DNA of 64,000 nt, from contig JAVVGJ010000001.1 of assembly GCA_032249155.1 (NCBI GenBank), positions 10,883 to 74,882 of the forward strand, in the 5' to 3' direction. Under the pieces are notes generated by a model. It made no database searches. It was not told where the DNA came from and saw only the letters and a list, made by a program, of their open reading frames with translations. The translations under genes and the position numbers were made by a program. Shown one piece after another: positions 36,870 through 44,104 of the stretch (within the stretch, counting starts at the first letter, position 1; each line of letters opens with the position of its first letter). Source of the DNA: Minisyncoccota bacterium. Lineage in GTDB: Bacteria; Patescibacteriota; Minisyncoccia; UBA6257; HR35.

Positions 36870-37452
36870 CTAAAGAAAGCCTTACAAATCTTCCTATTTC
36901 TATTTTTTCTCCGAATTTATTCACATAACTATTTAAAAGATCTCTAATTTTGATGCTCTCATCTCTAAAATAAGGCTGATCTAAAAGAGAAACTTCTTCT
37001 AACCATTTTTCTAATTTTCCTTTAAAAATAGATTCTTGAACTTCTTGAGGTTTGTTTTCTAAACCAGCTAAAAATTCTTTTCTTTTTTCTTCTAAAACTT
37101 CTTGAGGAATATGCTCTAAAGAAATGTAAAGAGGTTTTAAAGCAGCAACTTGGATGGCTAATTCATAAGCTAATTTTTTAAATTCTTCATTTTGAGCTAC
37201 AAAATCAGTTTCACATTTAAGTTCAAGCAAAGAAGCTATTCTGCCATTAAAATGAACGTAAGCAGCGATTCTTCCCTGTGAAGTTTTAACTTCTTTCTTT
37301 TTTTCTAAAAGAGATTCACCCTTTTTTCTTAAATATTCTTCTGCTTTTTCTAAATCATAATTCGAATTTTGAAGAGCTTCTAAGCATTTTCCCAAAGGAG
37401 CACCTGTTTTTTCTCTTAAAACCTTTACTTTTTCCAAAACTTCTCTATCCAT
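36862..37452 (-). CDS. tsf: elongation factor Ts (short form)
   Basis: REKTGAPLGKCLEALQNSNYDLEKAEEYLRKKG (UBA-like N-terminus); follows rpsB. Confidence 0.9.
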   Translation of the reverse strand: MDREVLEKVKVLREKTGAPLGKCLEALQNSNYDLEKAEEYLRKKGESLLEKKKEVKTSQGRIAAYVHFNGRIASLLELKCETDFVAQNEEFKKLAYELAIQVAALKPLYISLEHIPQEVLEEKRKEFLAGLENKPQEVQESIFKGKLEKWLEEVSLLDQPYFRDESIKIRDLLNSYVNKFGEKIEIGRFVRLSLDD

Positions 37453-37460
37453 GATTTTAT

Positions 37461-38177
37461 TTAACTATTTAATTTTGACTTAATTTTTTCTTCTAACCAA
37501 TCCATTATAAAGGCGATACTTCGAGGAGCTTTATCATTGCAAGGAACAAAATAGTTTACTCCGGTAATATCATTGTCAGAACCAGCTAAAGCAAAAATAG
37601 GTATTTTAAGTCTCAAAGCTTCTCTTTTAGCAGTAATGTGTGATGGATGAGCTAAATTAACAATAAAAAGAGCATCTGGAAGTTTTTCCAATTTAATGAC
37701 ACCGCTATAGATATTTTTCAATTTATTAAGTTCTCTTTCGAGTTTTGATCTTTCTTTAGGAGCATATTCTTCTAATTCTTTGGTTTCTTCCTTTTTAAGA
37801 AGATCTTTAAAATAAGCTAAGCGTGAAAGTGAGGTTGAAAAATTTGTCAAAAAACCGCCAACCCATTTATAGTTCATATAAGGCTGATTAAAAGTTAAAG
37901 CAAAGTTTGTTACTCTTGAAGAAGCTGCTGGTGTTGTAGCTACAAAAAGAATTGTTTTACCTGATTTCAAGTAATCTGTAAGAGCATTAGCCATCTCATG
38001 CATTTTTTGAAGAGTTAGTTGTAGATTGAAAATTTCAATATTATATAAAGTTTTAATTAAAAATGGTCTTATCGTGGGATGAGTATATTTTTTAGCTCTT
38101 CCGTATTGAACACCAGCTTTCTGCATTTCTTCAAAAATCGTTCTTTCTTCTGTGATCATGGTTATTTTTTGATTCAT
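37461..38177 (-). CDS. rpsB: 30S ribosomal protein S2
   Basis: 238 aa; MQKAGVQYGRAKKYTHP; classic rpsB-tsf pair. Confidence 0.95.
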   Translation of the reverse strand: MNQKITMITEERTIFEEMQKAGVQYGRAKKYTHPTIRPFLIKTLYNIEIFNLQLTLQKMHEMANALTDYLKSGKTILFVATTPAASSRVTNFALTFNQPYMNYKWVGGFLTNFSTSLSRLAYFKDLLKKEETKELEEYAPKERSKLERELNKLKNIYSGVIKLEKLPDALFIVNLAHPSHITAKREALRLKIPIFALAGSDNDITGVNYFVPCNDKAPRSIAFIMDWLEEKIKSKLNS

Positions 38178-38184
38178 AATTTTT

Positions 38185-38193
38185 ATTTTATCA
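38185..38193 (-). promoter_or_regulatory. extended -10 TGATAAAAT, 7 nt upstream of the rpsB ATG (leaderless geometry)
   Basis: Minus strand reads TGATAAAATaaaaattATG. Confidence 0.5.
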
Positions 38194-38200
38194 AAAAACT

Positions 38201-38209
38201 TGTTATAAT
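38201..38209 (+). promoter_or_regulatory. extended -10 TGTTATAAT, 9 nt upstream of the rpmE ATG (leaderless geometry)
   Basis: Plus strand reads TGTTATAATtaaattaacATG. Confidence 0.5.
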
Positions 38210-38218
38210 TAAATTAAC

Positions 38219-38431
38219 ATGAAAAAGAAAATTCATCCCCAATATATTTTAACAAAAGTAAAATGTGCTTGTGGTGCTGAATATGAAGTTTATGGAACAA
38301 AAAAAGAAATTTTTGTAGAAACTTGTAGAAGTTGTTCTCCTCTTTTTACTGGTAAGGAAGAAACAAAAGTTATTATTGGTAGAGTTGAAAAATTTGTCAA
38401 AAAATATTCTAAAAAGAAAAAAGAGGAGTAA
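38219..38431 (+). CDS. rpmE: 50S ribosomal protein L31 (Zn form)
   Basis: MKKKIHPQY...CACG...CRSCSPLFTG. Confidence 0.9.
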   Translation: MKKKIHPQYILTKVKCACGAEYEVYGTKKEIFVETCRSCSPLFTGKEETKVIIGRVEKFVKKYSKKKKEE

Positions 38432-38464
38432 TTTAATTATAACTTAGTTCTTTAAAATTTAAAA

Positions 38465-39199
38465 ATGGAGGATAAAGAAATTCAAAGCATTTATTTTGAA
38501 ATTAGAGCTGGAGTAGGTGGTGAAGAGGCTGCTCTTTTTGCTCGAGATCTTTGGAGAATGTACAGTAAATTCTTTGACAAAAAGGGATGGAAATATAGAA
38601 TTTTAGATATTACAGAAAGTGATCTGGGTGGAATAAAAACTTTAGTAGCCGAAGTTACTGGTGAAAAAGTTTATGATCTTTTAAAACAAGAAGCTGGTGT
38701 TCATCGAGTTCAAAGAATTCCTATTACAGAAAAAAGTGGAAGAATTCATACTTCAACAGCTTCGGTAGCTATTTTACCTAAACTTTCTTTGCCTCAAATT
38801 CAAATAAAAGAATCCGATTTAGAGATAGAGTTTTTTAGAGCTGGTGGGCCAGGAGGACAAAACGTTAACAAAGTAGAAACCGCTGTAAGAATAAGACATA
38901 AACCTACAGGAATTGTTGTTTCCTGCCAAGTAGAAAGAAGTCAGCAAAGAAATAGAGAAATTGCTATGGAAATGTTAAAAAACAAGCTATGGCAAATGGA
39001 ACAAGAAAAAATCTTAGGAAACTTAACAGAAGAAAGAAAAAAACAAATAGGCTCACAAGAAAGATCTGAAAAAATTAGAACTTATAATTTTCCTCAAAAT
39101 AGAGTAACCGATCATAGAATAAATAAAAGCTGGTATGATTTAGATGAAATTATGGATGGTAAATTGGATAAAATAATCGAGGCTTTCCAAAAAAATTAA
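38465..39199 (+). CDS. prfA: class I peptide chain release factor, RF1-type, lacking N-terminal domain 1
   Basis: 244 aa. Starts at the equivalent of E. coli RF1 residue ~105 ([24 protein letters not shown]). PxT tripeptide = PIT ([17 protein letters not shown]). GGQ present ([14 protein letters not shown]). An in-frame TAA lies 4 codons upstream of the ATG. Confidence 0.8.
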   Translation: MEDKEIQSIYFEIRAGVGGEEAALFARDLWRMYSKFFDKKGWKYRILDITESDLGGIKTLVAEVTGEKVYDLLKQEAGVHRVQRIPITEKSGRIHTSTASVAILPKLSLPQIQIKESDLEIEFFRAGGPGGQNVNKVETAVRIRHKPTGIVVSCQVERSQQRNREIAMEMLKNKLWQMEQEKILGNLTEERKKQIGSQERSEKIRTYNFPQNRVTDHRINKSWYDLDEIMDGKLDKIIEAFQKN

Positions 39200-39206
39200 G
39201 TTGTCT

Positions 39207-39212
39207 TATAAT
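39207..39212 (+). promoter_or_regulatory. -10 box TATAAT, 9 nt upstream of the tRNA-Cys 5' end
   Basis: TTGTCTTATAATttaactaaaGGCACGG. Confidence 0.4.
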
Positions 39213-39221
39213 TTAACTAAA

Positions 39222-39293
39222 GGCACGGTGGCGGAGTGGTTACGCAGCGGTCTGCAAAACCGCTTTACGCCGGTTCGAATCCGGCCCGTGCCT
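39222..39293 (+). tRNA. tRNA-Cys (anticodon GCA)
   Basis: GGCACGGTGGCGGAGTGGTTACGCAGCGGTCTGCAAAACCGCTTTACGCCGGTTCGAATCCGGCCCGTGCCT. Anticodon loop CTGCAAA, discriminator U, no encoded CCA. Confidence 0.9.
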
Positions 39294-39297
39294 CAAA

Positions 39298-40086
39298 TTA
39301 TAAATATCCTATTTCCTTAAGATAATCTCTATATTCCCATTCCCAAAGAGTTTTACAACCTAAGAAAGCTTTAAAATCTTCTTCAACGTTATCAAAAGCT
39401 TTAAGTTCCCATTCTCCTAAAATCTCGCCAAACCTATGATCACAAAAAGCATCACCTCCTTCTATTTTTGAACCCATCTTTCTTATTCTCATCACAGCTC
39501 CGCATTTTTCACAAATTCTTTTTTGATTAATTCTCAAAACATATCTTTTCTCTAAAGGTTTGAGAAGAGGAATTTTTCTTCCTTTTTCGTCTCTAAAAAA
39601 TCCTTCTTCATTTAAAGCCATAAAATAAGCTGATGTTTGAAGTCTATAATCTTCATAAATGCTTTGAGAGGTTTTAATATCAATTAAAGAAAATTGACCG
39701 TCGAGTTCACCAATAATATCAAAAGTTCCGGCGTAGCGATGAAGAAAATGAACTGTTTTTTTCTCTAACCAATCTTCTTTAGAAAAGAAGGAGTGATTTT
39801 TAAGAAAATCTTCAAAAGCCTTTTTAATACCTTCGTATTCTGGAGGAACAATAATTTGTCTTCTTTGTATAAAGCTTTCAATAATTTCGTGAATTATTTT
39901 CCCTTCATCAGCTGCTTTTATTTTTTTACTTGTAGCTTCTTTAAAGTTTGGTGCTTCAGCATAAAAATAGTAAAGAGCGGGTTTGCTTTTAATTTCACAA
40001 ATTTTTGTTACTCGTGGATACCAAGTATTATCTATCACATAACCAAATTCTTTTTTAAATTCTTCAAGGCTATTTATTTTATTCAT
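39298..40086 (-). CDS. PD-(D/E)XK (RecB/Cas4-like) nuclease with inserted zinc ribbon
   Basis: Motifs EGKIIHEIIE, GTFDIIGELDG..SLIDIKTS (D...D-x-K) and RLQTSAYFMA (QxxxY). Also CEKCG...CDH. Confidence 0.6.
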   Translation of the reverse strand: MNKINSLEEFKKEFGYVIDNTWYPRVTKICEIKSKPALYYFYAEAPNFKEATSKKIKAADEGKIIHEIIESFIQRRQIIVPPEYEGIKKAFEDFLKNHSFFSKEDWLEKKTVHFLHRYAGTFDIIGELDGQFSLIDIKTSQSIYEDYRLQTSAYFMALNEEGFFRDEKGRKIPLLKPLEKRYVLRINQKRICEKCGAVMRIRKMGSKIEGGDAFCDHRFGEILGEWELKAFDNVEEDFKAFLGCKTLWEWEYRDYLKEIGYL

Positions 40087-40094
40087 TTTTTATT

Positions 40095-40772
40095 TTAAAA
40101 ATATCTTAAATAATTCGTCCAAAGTTCATAAAGTTTAGCTGTAGTTAAAACATCACCCAACGCATAATAAGCTAAGCTTTTATAATCTTTATTTTTTATA
40201 AGCTCTCTTACTTTTTTACCATCAAATTTTTCTTTAGGATCTTCTAAACCCAAAGAAAGAGCTGCTAATTTTAAACTTACTTTTTGAATTCTACTGTTGA
40301 AACTTAATTTTTCATAAAGGTCGATATGATATTCTTTATCTAAAAGAGAATAAGTTGGTCTAATTTTATGTTTTAATGATCGGAAAAGTAAAAATGGTAT
40401 ATCAAATTTATTACCGTTAAAAGTGATGATCTCTTGATAATTAGGAATAATTTCCCAAAATTTTTTTATTAACTCTTCTTCTGAAGTAAATCTTTTAAAA
40501 TCTATTAAATTGTCCGACCAATCTTCAATTTCATCTTTACTTTGAAAATAAACAGCTCCTCTTTGGGTGTCAGGATTGTAAAAACTAATAGCAATTATTT
40601 CGCTAAGTTGCGGTAAAAGAGAAATCCTTTCATTAATAATCTCAATAAGCTCTTCTCTTGATTTTTCTTTGAAATCATTAGAAAATTTTTCTAAAAGATA
40701 TTCTTGGATTTCTCTCGGAAGTTCAGAAAATTCTGGTCCATAAGTTTCGATGTCAAAAATTAACTTTTGCAT
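40095..40772 (-). CDS. RNase H-fold 3'-5' exonuclease (PolB-exonuclease-like, DEDD type)
   Basis: LIFDIETYGPEF (ExoI), ITFNGNKFDIPFL (ExoII), YYALGDVLTTAKLY (ExoIII). Confidence 0.6.
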   Translation of the reverse strand: MQKLIFDIETYGPEFSELPREIQEYLLEKFSNDFKEKSREELIEIINERISLLPQLSEIIAISFYNPDTQRGAVYFQSKDEIEDWSDNLIDFKRFTSEEELIKKFWEIIPNYQEIITFNGNKFDIPFLLFRSLKHKIRPTYSLLDKEYHIDLYEKLSFNSRIQKVSLKLAALSLGLEDPKEKFDGKKVRELIKNKDYKSLAYYALGDVLTTAKLYELWTNYLRYF

Positions 40773-40782
40773 TTTATAAAAG

Positions 40783-41262
40783 ATGTATGAACTAATTACC
40801 TTCCCTAATGATATTTTAAAACAAAAAACGGTTGAGGTAAAAGAGATAGATAAAAATATAAAAAAAATTGTCAGCGAGATGAAAAAAATTATGAAAAAAC
40901 ATCATGGCGTTGGTTTGGCAGCCAATCAAATAGGTTTAAATCTTTCTATTTTTATTGCTGAAGATAAAAATAAAATTTTAACTTTTATTAACCCTAAAAT
41001 TATAAAATTTGAAGGTGAAAAAATTTTGCTTGAAGAAGGTTGTCTTTCTCTTCCTGGTATATGGGGAAAAATAAAAAGATACCCTAAAGTGGAAGTAGAA
41101 TATATTGATCTTTTTGGTAAGAAAAGAAAAATCAAAGCAAAAGGTCTTTTAGCACAAATTATTCAACATGAAATTGATCATTTAAGCGGAATTCTTTTTG
41201 CAGAAAAAGCAGAAAAACTTTATAAATTCGAAGAAGTTAATAAAGAGGAGATATTCAAATAA
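40783..41262 (+). CDS. def: peptide deformylase
   Basis: GVGLAANQIG, EGCLSLPG, QHEIDHL. Confidence 0.95.
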   Translation: MYELITFPNDILKQKTVEVKEIDKNIKKIVSEMKKIMKKHHGVGLAANQIGLNLSIFIAEDKNKILTFINPKIIKFEGEKILLEEGCLSLPGIWGKIKRYPKVEVEYIDLFGKKRKIKAKGLLAQIIQHEIDHLSGILFAEKAEKLYKFEEVNKEEIFK

Positions 41263-42225
41263 ATGAAAAAAATTTTGCCAATAGTTTTTTTTAGTTCATC
41301 GAAGTTCGGCATTTATGTTTTGAAAGAATTTTTAAAATTTTATAAAATTCTTTTGATTTTTACTCTCCCAGCTAAAAGAAAAGGAAGAGGGCTTAAAGTT
41401 TCACCTAATGAAGTTTATCTTTTTGCTTTAAAAGAAAAAATACCTGTTTTGGAAGTAAAAAATTGGGAAGAGGTTAAAAAGGAGCTTGATTTAATAAAAC
41501 CTTTAGCTGGTGTCATTGCCGGCTTTGGAAAAATCATACCTAAAGAAATTATAGATATTTTTCCATTGGGCATTTTAAATATTCATCCTTCACTTCTTCC
41601 AAAATATAGAGGCCCTAATCCTATAAGAGAAACAATTTTAAATGGCGACAAAGAAACTGGGATAACAATTTTTTTGATTGATGAACTTGTAGACCATGGA
41701 CCTATAGTAGGAATAGAAAGCATATCTTTAAAAGGGGATGAAACATATCTTGAACTTGAAGAAACATTAGGAAAATTAGGTGGTTTTAAACTTAAGGAAA
41801 TTATCGAACCCTTTTTAGAAAAGAAAATAGAAGCTATCCCTCAAGATGAAACTAAGGCTACTTATACAAGAAAAATAAAATTTGAAGACGGATATTTAGA
41901 TTTTAAAGAGCCTTATGAAATCTGGGACAGAAAAATAAGAGCATTAAATCCTGAACCAGGAACATATGTTTATATTTGGCACAAAGGAGAAAAGAAAGTG
42001 CTAAAAATTTTTTCTATAGAAAAAATTGAAGAAAAAAATTTAGATGAGAATATAAGAAAAATCAATTTAGGAGATTTTTTCAGATATAAAAATGAACTAG
42101 GGCTCAAAATTAATGGTAGTTTTATTGTTATACACGAACTTCAGCTTCAAGATAGAAAAAAAATGAATTCAAAAGAATTTTTAAATGGTTATCCTTTAGA
42201 AACCTTTAGTTTAGTTAAAGATTAA
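41263..42225 (+). CDS. fmt: methionyl-tRNA formyltransferase
   Basis: NIHPSLLPKYRGPNPI; classic def-fmt pair. Confidence 0.9.
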   Translation: MKKILPIVFFSSSKFGIYVLKEFLKFYKILLIFTLPAKRKGRGLKVSPNEVYLFALKEKIPVLEVKNWEEVKKELDLIKPLAGVIAGFGKIIPKEIIDIFPLGILNIHPSLLPKYRGPNPIRETILNGDKETGITIFLIDELVDHGPIVGIESISLKGDETYLELEETLGKLGGFKLKEIIEPFLEKKIEAIPQDETKATYTRKIKFEDGYLDFKEPYEIWDRKIRALNPEPGTYVYIWHKGEKKVLKIFSIEKIEEKNLDENIRKINLGDFFRYKNELGLKINGSFIVIHELQLQDRKKMNSKEFLNGYPLETFSLVKD

Positions 42226-42785
42226 TAAAGATTCTTATTTGGTCCAACTTCATAAAGTCCATCTTGATTTCCGCCATCATTTTGCATAGAAGATGTATCT
42301 CCTTCAAGTTTAGCATCTAACTCATATTCTCCTGCATTTCCTGTACAAACAAAAGCATAAAAGTAACCTGTTCCGCCAACTGTACTATTTAAAGGATCTA
42401 AGGGAAGAGAAGAAAGATTAACTAAAGTTGAAGAAGCTAAGGTTACATATCTTACCCATCCAGTTCCATTGACTGCTGTACTTGTTGTTCCTGTAGCTGT
42501 ATATCCAGTAGTAGGTGGCCAGCCAGCAGGTGCTGATGTAAAGGGATATGAATAGGAAATTGTGCTTGTTGTGCACCAGTTTACAGAAATATTTGGATTT
42601 TGCATAACATCAGCTAAATAGGCATCGATAGCTCTTTGAACGTTACTTAAATCTCCTTTTCTTTGTGCATCTCTAGCTCTTCTAAATATTTCTTGTGGTT
42701 TAATAACGACAATTAAAATACCTGCTAAAATAGAAATTAAAGCTAAAACTATTAAAAGTTCAATTAAAGTAAAACCTTTTTTCAT
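42222..42785 (-). CDS. type IV pilin / pseudopilin (prepilin N-terminal cleavage-methylation motif)
   Basis: MKKGFTLIELLIVLALISILAGI..., with a Thr/Ser/Gly-rich C-terminal globular part. Confidence 0.8.
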   Translation of the reverse strand: MKKGFTLIELLIVLALISILAGILIVVIKPQEIFRRARDAQRKGDLSNVQRAIDAYLADVMQNPNISVNWCTTSTISYSYPFTSAPAGWPPTTGYTATGTTSTAVNGTGWVRYVTLASSTLVNLSSLPLDPLNSTVGGTGYFYAFVCTGNAGEYELDAKLEGDTSSMQNDGGNQDGLYEVGPNKNLY

Positions 42786-42823
42786 GACTAATTTAAAATT
42801 AATTAATTTGACCTTTAGATAGA

Positions 42824-42829
42824 ATTATA
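42824..42829 (-). promoter_or_regulatory. -10 box TATAAT for the pilin gene, followed 7 nt later by AAAGGTC
   Basis: Minus strand reads TTATAATtctatctAAAGGTCAAATTAATTAATTTTAAATTAGTCATG. Confidence 0.45.
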
Positions 42830-42861
42830 AAACAAAAAAAAGAAAAAAACAAATTTTTGTG

Positions 42862-42867
42862 TATAAT
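42862..42867 (+). promoter_or_regulatory. -10 box TATAAT, 9 nt upstream of ATG 42877
   Basis: gtgTATAATttatttaagATG. Confidence 0.35.
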
Positions 42868-42876
42868 TTATTTAAG

Positions 42877-43350
42877 ATGCTTTCTGGCTTTAAAAAGGCT
42901 AACGGTGAGCTTTTAAGTAAAGAAGAGCTTTTAAAAACAATAGAAAATTTCATAAAAGAAGATAGAAATTTTGAATATAAGGTTATGGTGGGCACAGATT
43001 CTGAAATGTTTGAAAGGAAAGTAGAGTTTATTTCTGTTATAGCGGTACATCGTCTTGGTAGAGGCGGAAGATTTTTTTGGAAAAAGACTCTTTTTAATAA
43101 ACCTTTAGCTTTATATGACAGACTCTGGCAAGAAGCTATTATTTCTTTAAATATAAGCGAAGCACTTATAAAAGAATTAAATAAAAAAAATTTAACTTTT
43201 TCTTTTGAGCTCCATTTAGACCTAGGAACAAATGGAAAGAGTCATTCTACAATTAGAGAAATAATAAGTTTAGTGAAAAGTTACGGTTTTGAAGTAAAAA
43301 CAAAACCATTTTCTTACGCTGCTTCTAAGGTTGCCGATAAACTTCTTTAA
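42877..43350 (+). CDS. YkuK/DUF458-like RNase H-fold protein (tentative)
   Basis: KVMVGTDSE...FISVIAVHRLGRGGRFFW resembles the DUF458 pattern as I recall it. The track start at 42859 is a GTG inside the putative -10 box, so ATG 42877 is preferred. Confidence 0.4.
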   Translation: MLSGFKKANGELLSKEELLKTIENFIKEDRNFEYKVMVGTDSEMFERKVEFISVIAVHRLGRGGRFFWKKTLFNKPLALYDRLWQEAIISLNISEALIKELNKKNLTFSFELHLDLGTNGKSHSTIREIISLVKSYGFEVKTKPFSYAASKVADKLL

Positions 43351-43355
43351 CTCTA

Positions 43356-43384
43356 TTGAAATTAATCAAAAAAAGCCTTATAAT
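43356..43384 (+). promoter_or_regulatory. near-consensus sigma70 promoter TTGAAA-17-TATAAT driving leader, tRNA-Lys and rplY
   Basis: TTGAAAttaatcaaaaaaagcctTATAAT. Predicted start is near A43392. Confidence 0.6.
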
Positions 43385-43428
43385 TTATTTTACTGGGGCT
43401 CGTTGAAGGTTTTTTGACGGCTCCTCTC

Positions 43429-43453
43429 TGCCCTGCCTTATAAAGGCAGGGCA
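43429..43453. repeat. perfect 11-3-11 inverted repeat TGCCCTGCCTT-ATA-AAGGCAGGGCA in the tRNA-Lys leader
   Basis: Read directly. This is the strongest GC-rich palindrome in the window outside tRNAs. Its centre is TTATAAA. Confidence 0.7.
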
Positions 43454-43457
43454 AATA

Positions 43458-43530
43458 GCCCCCGTAGCTCAATTGGTAGAGCAACGGCCTTTTAAGCCGG
43501 TGGCTGCAGGTTCGAGTCCTGCCGGGGGCA
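43458..43530 (+). tRNA. tRNA-Lys (anticodon UUU)
   Basis: GCCCCCGTAGCTCAATTGGTAGAGCAACGGCCTTTTAAGCCGGTGGCTGCAGGTTCGAGTCCTGCCGGGGGCA. Anticodon loop CTTTTAA; no encoded CCA. Confidence 0.9.
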
Positions 43531-43535
43531 CAAAG

Positions 43536-44102
43536 ATGCTAAAAGTTTTTCCGAGAGAAAAAAATAAAAAAGCAGAAAGTTACAGAAAGGAAGGTTATAT
43601 TCCTGGAGTTATTTATGGACCAAATTTAGATTCAACTCCAATCATAGCTCAAAAAAAAGATTTTTTAAAATTCTATGAAAATTATGAATCTGGTCTTTTT
43701 GAAGTTTATTTTGATGAAAAAAAATTTTTGGGAATTTTACAAGAAGTTCAATTTCATCCTATAACTGATGAAATTATTCATTTCGATATTTTTGTACCAT
43801 CTTTAGAAGAAAAAATTACTACAAAAGTTCCATTAGAATTTGTTGGTGAAGCTCCTGGTGTTAGACTTGGCGGTGTTGTTAACATAAGCTTGGAAGAACT
43901 TGAAATTGAGTGTTTACCAAAAGATATTCCGCAAGCTATCTATGTTGATTTAAGTTCCTTAAAGAACGTAGGAGATACTATTTACGTAAAAGATCTTAAA
44001 ATACCTCCTAACATCAAAGTTTTAATTAGTCCAGAAAATCCTGTGGCTACTTTAATTGAAGAAGCTAAAGTAGAAGAAGAAACGCAAACCTCAGCTTCAT
44101 AA
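43536..44102 (+). CDS. rplY: 50S ribosomal protein L25 / Ctc
   Basis: MLKVFPREKNKKAESYRKEGYIPGVIYG. The track ORF (43473, TTG) reads through the tRNA and is trimmed to ATG 43536. Confidence 0.85.
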   Translation: MLKVFPREKNKKAESYRKEGYIPGVIYGPNLDSTPIIAQKKDFLKFYENYESGLFEVYFDEKKFLGILQEVQFHPITDEIIHFDIFVPSLEEKITTKVPLEFVGEAPGVRLGGVVNISLEELEIECLPKDIPQAIYVDLSSLKNVGDTIYVKDLKIPPNIKVLISPENPVATLIEEAKVEEETQTSAS

Positions 44103-44104
44103 AA

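Noticed and set aside
39222-40782. Integrated mobile element or genomic island at tRNA-Cys, suggested by two nuclease genes next to a tRNA.
   Set aside because: No integrase or recombinase, no direct repeat of the tRNA 3' end, and no compositional shift is visible. The genes are operon-coupled like the rest of the genome.
43473-43535. N-terminal 21 codons of the track ORF 43473..44102 (MVEQRPFKPVAAGSSPAGGTK).
   Set aside because: They start at a TTG and translate tRNA-Lys itself. The real L25 start is ATG 43536 (MLKVFPREKNK...).
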